A stretch of DNA of 31,017 nt from Candidatus Thorarchaeota archaeon (lineage in GTDB: Archaea; Asgardarchaeota; Thorarchaeia; Thorarchaeales; Thorarchaeaceae), in NCBI GenBank assembly GCA_029855935.1, contig JAGSHN010000007.1, positions 1 to 31,017 on the forward strand, written 5' to 3'. The position numbers and the translations under genes were made by a program. Positions 27,144-31,017 of the stretch are shown here, in pieces (position 1 is the stretch's first letter; each line of letters starts with the position of its first letter). The notes below the pieces were generated by a model. It ran no database searches. It was not told the DNA's origin and saw nothing but the letters and a program-made list of their open reading frames with translations.

Positions 27144-28043
27144 ATGAATACAGCGGTACTATCAACATTCTCGATTGCTGCGAGAGACCCCGGGAATGGC
27201 GACCTGGGTGTGGCCGTGCAGAGCAAGTTTCCTGCGGTCGGTGCCATCGTGCCGTGGGCGAGGGCCAATGTTGGCGCCATCGCCACACAGGCGTGGGCGA
27301 ATGTGTCCTACGGTCCGAGAGGACTTGAGCTGCTGGCTCAGGGAATGTCTGCGGGCGACGTTGTCAAGAAACTGGTCGCAGAAGACGAGCGGGCAGAACA
27401 CAGACAGGTCGGCGTAGTGGACTCGAAGGGCCGTGCTGCCGCTCATACAGGGTCGGAGTGCATGGAGTGGGCCGGTCACATCGTTGGTGACGGCTACGCG
27501 TGTCAGGGCAACATCCTCGCGGGGGAGGCTGTGGTGACCTCCATGGCCGAGGCGTTCGAGAGTACAGAGGGTGATCTCATCGACAGACTGTTCGCGGCAC
27601 TCAAGGCCGGACAGGCCGCTGGTGGTGACCGCCGCGGGATGCAGTCCGCGGCGATGCTTGTGGTCCGCGAGGCTGGTGGTTACGAGGGCGGCTCTGACAG
27701 GTACTTGGACATCAGAGTGGACGACCACCCCGACCCAATCAACGAGCTTGAGCGCATCTCCAAGATCTACGATATGACGCTGCTGAGCCGTGAGGACCCG
27801 AGCAGGCTGTTGACCATAACCGGAGATGTCGCACAGCGGGTCCAGGAGGCGCTTGTCGCACTGGGCTATCTGGACACCGTCGCTGGGCCGGGGTTCCCGG
27901 AGAGGGCGCAGAGGGCCCTCAACGAGTTCATCGCGGTCAACAACTTTGAGAACAAGATGCGCGATGATGGCAAGATCTGGCAGAGCGTCTACGACTACCT
28001 GCTCGACAAGGCACGTGAGAGGAAGGCCAGACTCCGGCGCTGA
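27144..28043 (+). CDS. DUF1028 family Ntn-hydrolase with C-terminal putative peptidoglycan-binding domain
   Basis: TFSIAARD, GVAVQSKF.AVG..VPWA, GAIATQA, RQVGVVD, HTG..C, QGNIL, GGDRRG.QSAA, DIRVDDH.DP..EL, then QEAL..LGY..NFE; start ATG 27144 (or upstream). Confidence 0.92.
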   Translation: MNTAVLSTFSIAARDPGNGDLGVAVQSKFPAVGAIVPWARANVGAIATQAWANVSYGPRGLELLAQGMSAGDVVKKLVAEDERAEHRQVGVVDSKGRAAAHTGSECMEWAGHIVGDGYACQGNILAGEAVVTSMAEAFESTEGDLIDRLFAALKAGQAAGGDRRGMQSAAMLVVREAGGYEGGSDRYLDIRVDDHPDPINELERISKIYDMTLLSREDPSRLLTITGDVAQRVQEALVALGYLDTVAGPGFPERAQRALNEFIAVNNFENKMRDDGKIWQSVYDYLLDKARERKARLRR

Positions 28044-28189
28044 GAGAACGCTGTTCCACGAGACCACCTCGCCAGCCCGGCTACGCGGCACCTACTCATC
28101 ACGACATACCGAAGAATTGATATTCAAAACTCGAAGAACTCTTCCGTGGAGAATGGCATTCGGTCCGGGGAGCGTCAACAGCCCCCTGA

Positions 28190-28375
28190 AGACCTGAGTG
28201 AATGAGTAGAAGGAGGGTAGGCGCAATGGCCAGCAAGTCAAAGGAGATAAACGTGCTGAAGGAGTCCAGTAGGATCATTCCGAGCAATGCGCGACCCAAG
28301 ACGGAGACGAAGTTTCCGAAGATTGACTCATTGAACCGCCTGTAGGCGATCTTGAGGAACCGGGGCACGACCGTA
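28190..28375 (-). pseudogene. Possible remnant of the last helices of an MFS transporter
   Basis: VVPRFLKIAYRRFNESIFGNFVSVLGRALLGMILLDSFSTFISFDLLAIAPTLLLLI loosely resembles MFS TM11-12; the flanking ORF sequence is not protein-like. Confidence 0.25.
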
Positions 28376-28557
28376 CGCCAGACTGCGCGATGCGGTGCCG
28401 TGCGTCCGGGTCCCCCGTTTTTCTGGTCTGTTTCGTACACTCCAACACCTGAGGGTCGGAACAAGTGACCCGCGAGATACTCCCTGAGAGATGCGGCGTT
28501 GACCTGAATCACCCGTGCACGCCAAGTGTGACTGGGAGCCAATCCGAAACTAGAAGT

Positions 28558-31017
28558 GTCTCAGCTCCGCCTCGGTCAGATTCAAACTGGCGTCTTCGTT
28601 TTTGAAGAACTTGTGTATGGTCTGTCAGAACCTGCCTGTAGTCCGATTCAAACATTGGGCGGTCATCGTAGTGATCGTGGCTATGCCGCCTCTCAACCCT
28701 ACCGCCTAGTCCGATTCAAACGTGCAATATCCACGCAATGATGCCCTGAAGGAATGCGGTTTCAACCCTACTTCTAGTCCGATTCAAGCTCGTCAGGATA
28801 GTCCACAGATGGGGTGGAATGCGATAGTTTCAACCCTACTTCTAGTCCGATTCAAACTTCTTCTACAGGGCATTGGGTGGTCTGTCTGGCCTTGGTTCCA
28901 ACCCTACTTCTAGTCCGATTAAAACCGGACTCTGTCATCGTGCAGAGTGCCGACAGAGAGTAGTTTCAACCCTACTTCTAGTCCGATTCAAACGATACCA
29001 TGCGTGTCGCTAAGGTCAAGCCAATCGAGGTTTCAACCCTACTTCTAGTCCGATTCAAACAATCGACATCTACCTCTATGCGCCGAGTTACTGCGAGGTT
29101 TCAACCCTACTTCTAGTCCGATTCAAACACGTAATCAGACGCACCGAGCCTGACCCGATATACGACGTTTCAACCCTACTTCTAGTCCGATTCAAACTCT
29201 CCTCCTACGAGGATGGAGAGGCGCGTGGAGTTGTGTTTCAACCCTACTTCTAGTCCGATTCAAACGAGGGCTACTCCGAGTCCTTCGCCGACGTCAGCGA
29301 TGTTTCAACCCTACTTCTAGTCCGATTCAAACTCATCATCTACATAGTACAGCCCACCGTCCTACACAGGGTTTCAACCCTACTTCTAGTCCGATTCAAA
29401 CGCTGATGAACGCAACAATTGCCAGAGCAGTAGCAATGTTTCAACCCTACTTCTAGTCCGATTCAAACACCGAACACTTCCCAGAGACCCTGTCTCTCGC
29501 GATGAGTTTTAACCCTACTTCTAGTCCGATTCAAACCGTCTTGTCTGGCCCGCTCGGACTCGCATTCGAGCTGTTTCAACCCTACTTCTAGTCCGATTCA
29601 AACGCGGGAGATGGACTTCGATCAACTCCTCCGCGCCATGTTTCAACCCTACTTCTAGTCCGATTCAAACGCGAGATAGTCGCGGGCGATATAGTGTCAA
29701 TCCGGGAGAGTTTCAACCCTACTTCTAGTCCGATTCAAACTCCTTCGTTTCTTGTTTTTAAGATGATAAGACGCCTAGTTTCAACCCTACTTCTAGTCCG
29801 ATTCAAACCCGCGTGCGTTTCATTGACGAGCTGTACGCGATTGTGGTTTCAACCCTACTTCTAGTCCGATTCAAACGAGTGGAGTTCGAACACTTACATC
29901 TACGACAACACAGTTTCAACCCTACTTCTAGTCCGATTCAAACTACAACAGGGAAATCTGTTATCACACCCGCAACAGAGGTTTCAACCCTACTTCTAGT
30001 CCGATTCAAACCACAGGGTCGACATCTATGACGCCCGTGCCGTCCTCGGTTTCAACCCTACTTCTAGTCCGATTCAAACAGCGAGAGCTCAGGCTGCTGA
30101 GATACGTCTACGTCTGTTTCAACCCTACTTCTAGTCCGATTCAAACCTACTCGAGGAGGAGATTCGCGGGCTGTTCTACTGTGGTTTCAACCCTACTTCT
30201 AGTCCGATTCAAACCCTCCGAGTCGTTGACATCACCGTCATCTGACCGTGTCGTTTCAACCCTACTTCTAGTCCGATTCAAACCCACAGTGGCAATGAAC
30301 CTGAGCACCTTTGCCACCAGGTTTCAACCCTACTTCTAGTCCGATTCAAACAGACTGGATGAAGTGCGCAATCATCCTGATCATCATGTTTCAACCCTAC
30401 TTCTAGTCCGATTCAAACGAGGACGAATCACCCTAGTGAATCCCTACAAGTTGCGTTTCAACCCTACTTCTAGTCCGATTCAAACTGGGTGGAGGAGGCC
30501 TGTGGATATGACCTACACCCCAGTTTCAACCCTACTTCTAGTCCGATTCAAACGCGATGAGATGACAAGGACGATAGAGATATACACAGAGTTTCAACCC
30601 TACTTCTAGTCCGATTCAAACTGAGGAGGCCTATACCGTTGTGGAGGGTCTTCTTGAGTTTCAACCCTACTTCTAGTCCGATTCAAACTCGCAATGTGTC
30701 GTACCGACGCTATCAGACTGACCCTGTTTCAACCCTACTTCTAGTCCGATTCAAACCAATGGTCACGAGGACCGTCAGCGCTCACGACCTCGGTTTCAAC
30801 CCTACTTCTAGTCCGATTCAAACCCTCAGTACCTCCTCTGCGAACTGCTCCAAACAGCTAGTTTCAACCCTACTTCTAGTCCGATTCAAACGAGTATGCA
30901 AGGGCCGAAATGAAGAAGTTCCATCGCGGTTTCAACCCTACTTCTAGTCCGATTCAAACAGATAGTCGACATCAAATCGCACCCGCTCACCACTGTGTTT
31001 CAACCCTACTTCTAGTC
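28558..31017 (-). CRISPR. CRISPR array, trailer end: 37 repeats visible (last truncated) and 36 spacers of ~35-39 nt
   Basis: Plus-strand repeat GTTTCAACCCTACTTCTAGTCCGATTCAAAC (31 nt). The reverse complement GTTTGAATCGGACTAGAAGTAGGGTTGAAAC ends in a canonical TTGAAAC 3' handle. Degenerate repeats cluster on the left (28558, ~28623, ~28690; variants at 28759, 28895, 29506), so the leader lies beyond the right edge. Confidence 0.98.

Noticed and set aside
27162-28091. 309-aa antisense ORF and the many other shadow ORFs inside long genes
   Set aside because: Antisense or off-frame shadows of well-supported GC-rich genes
28556-30947. ORFs with repeating VSTLLLVRFK / FNPTSSPIQT
   Set aside because: Translations of CRISPR repeats
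28588-30996. Self-targeting or duplicated spacers
   Set aside because: None seen by eye against this window; shared (g/a)tcgacatc words are too short; needs BLASTN to exclude

Overview
Archaeal window, most likely Asgard (Candidatus Thorarchaeota-like). This is an inference from TATA-type promoters, GAGG/GGTGA Shine-Dalgarno sites, RAD55/GvpD-type KaiC ATPases and beta-helix surface proteins of a style I associate with that lineage. Layout: (1) a lower-GC, 3'-truncated beta-helix surface-protein gene (1-2445, minus; missing from the ORF track). (2) A ~7 kb signalling locus with three KaiC/RecA-fold proteins in different states of catalytic decay, three stand-alone receiver domains, and a TPR gene with a C-x10-C-x10-C-x10-C tail coupled to a GNAT; there is no histidine kinase in the window. 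(3) Three co-oriented surface-protein genes (beta-helix, beta-propeller, and a 3650-aa Ig-repeat giant). The giant has an internal anchor-plus-signal-peptide junction and a multi-helix hydrophobic C-terminus. (4) A structured intergenic element, an M48-like pseudo-peptidase and a DUF1028 Ntn-hydrolase. (5) The trailer end of a CRISPR array (37 repeats visible, 31-nt repeat, transcribed from the minus strand) whose spacers appear biased to be antisense to mRNA. No cas, tRNA or rRNA genes were seen. All family calls come from motif recognition by eye; no searches were run.
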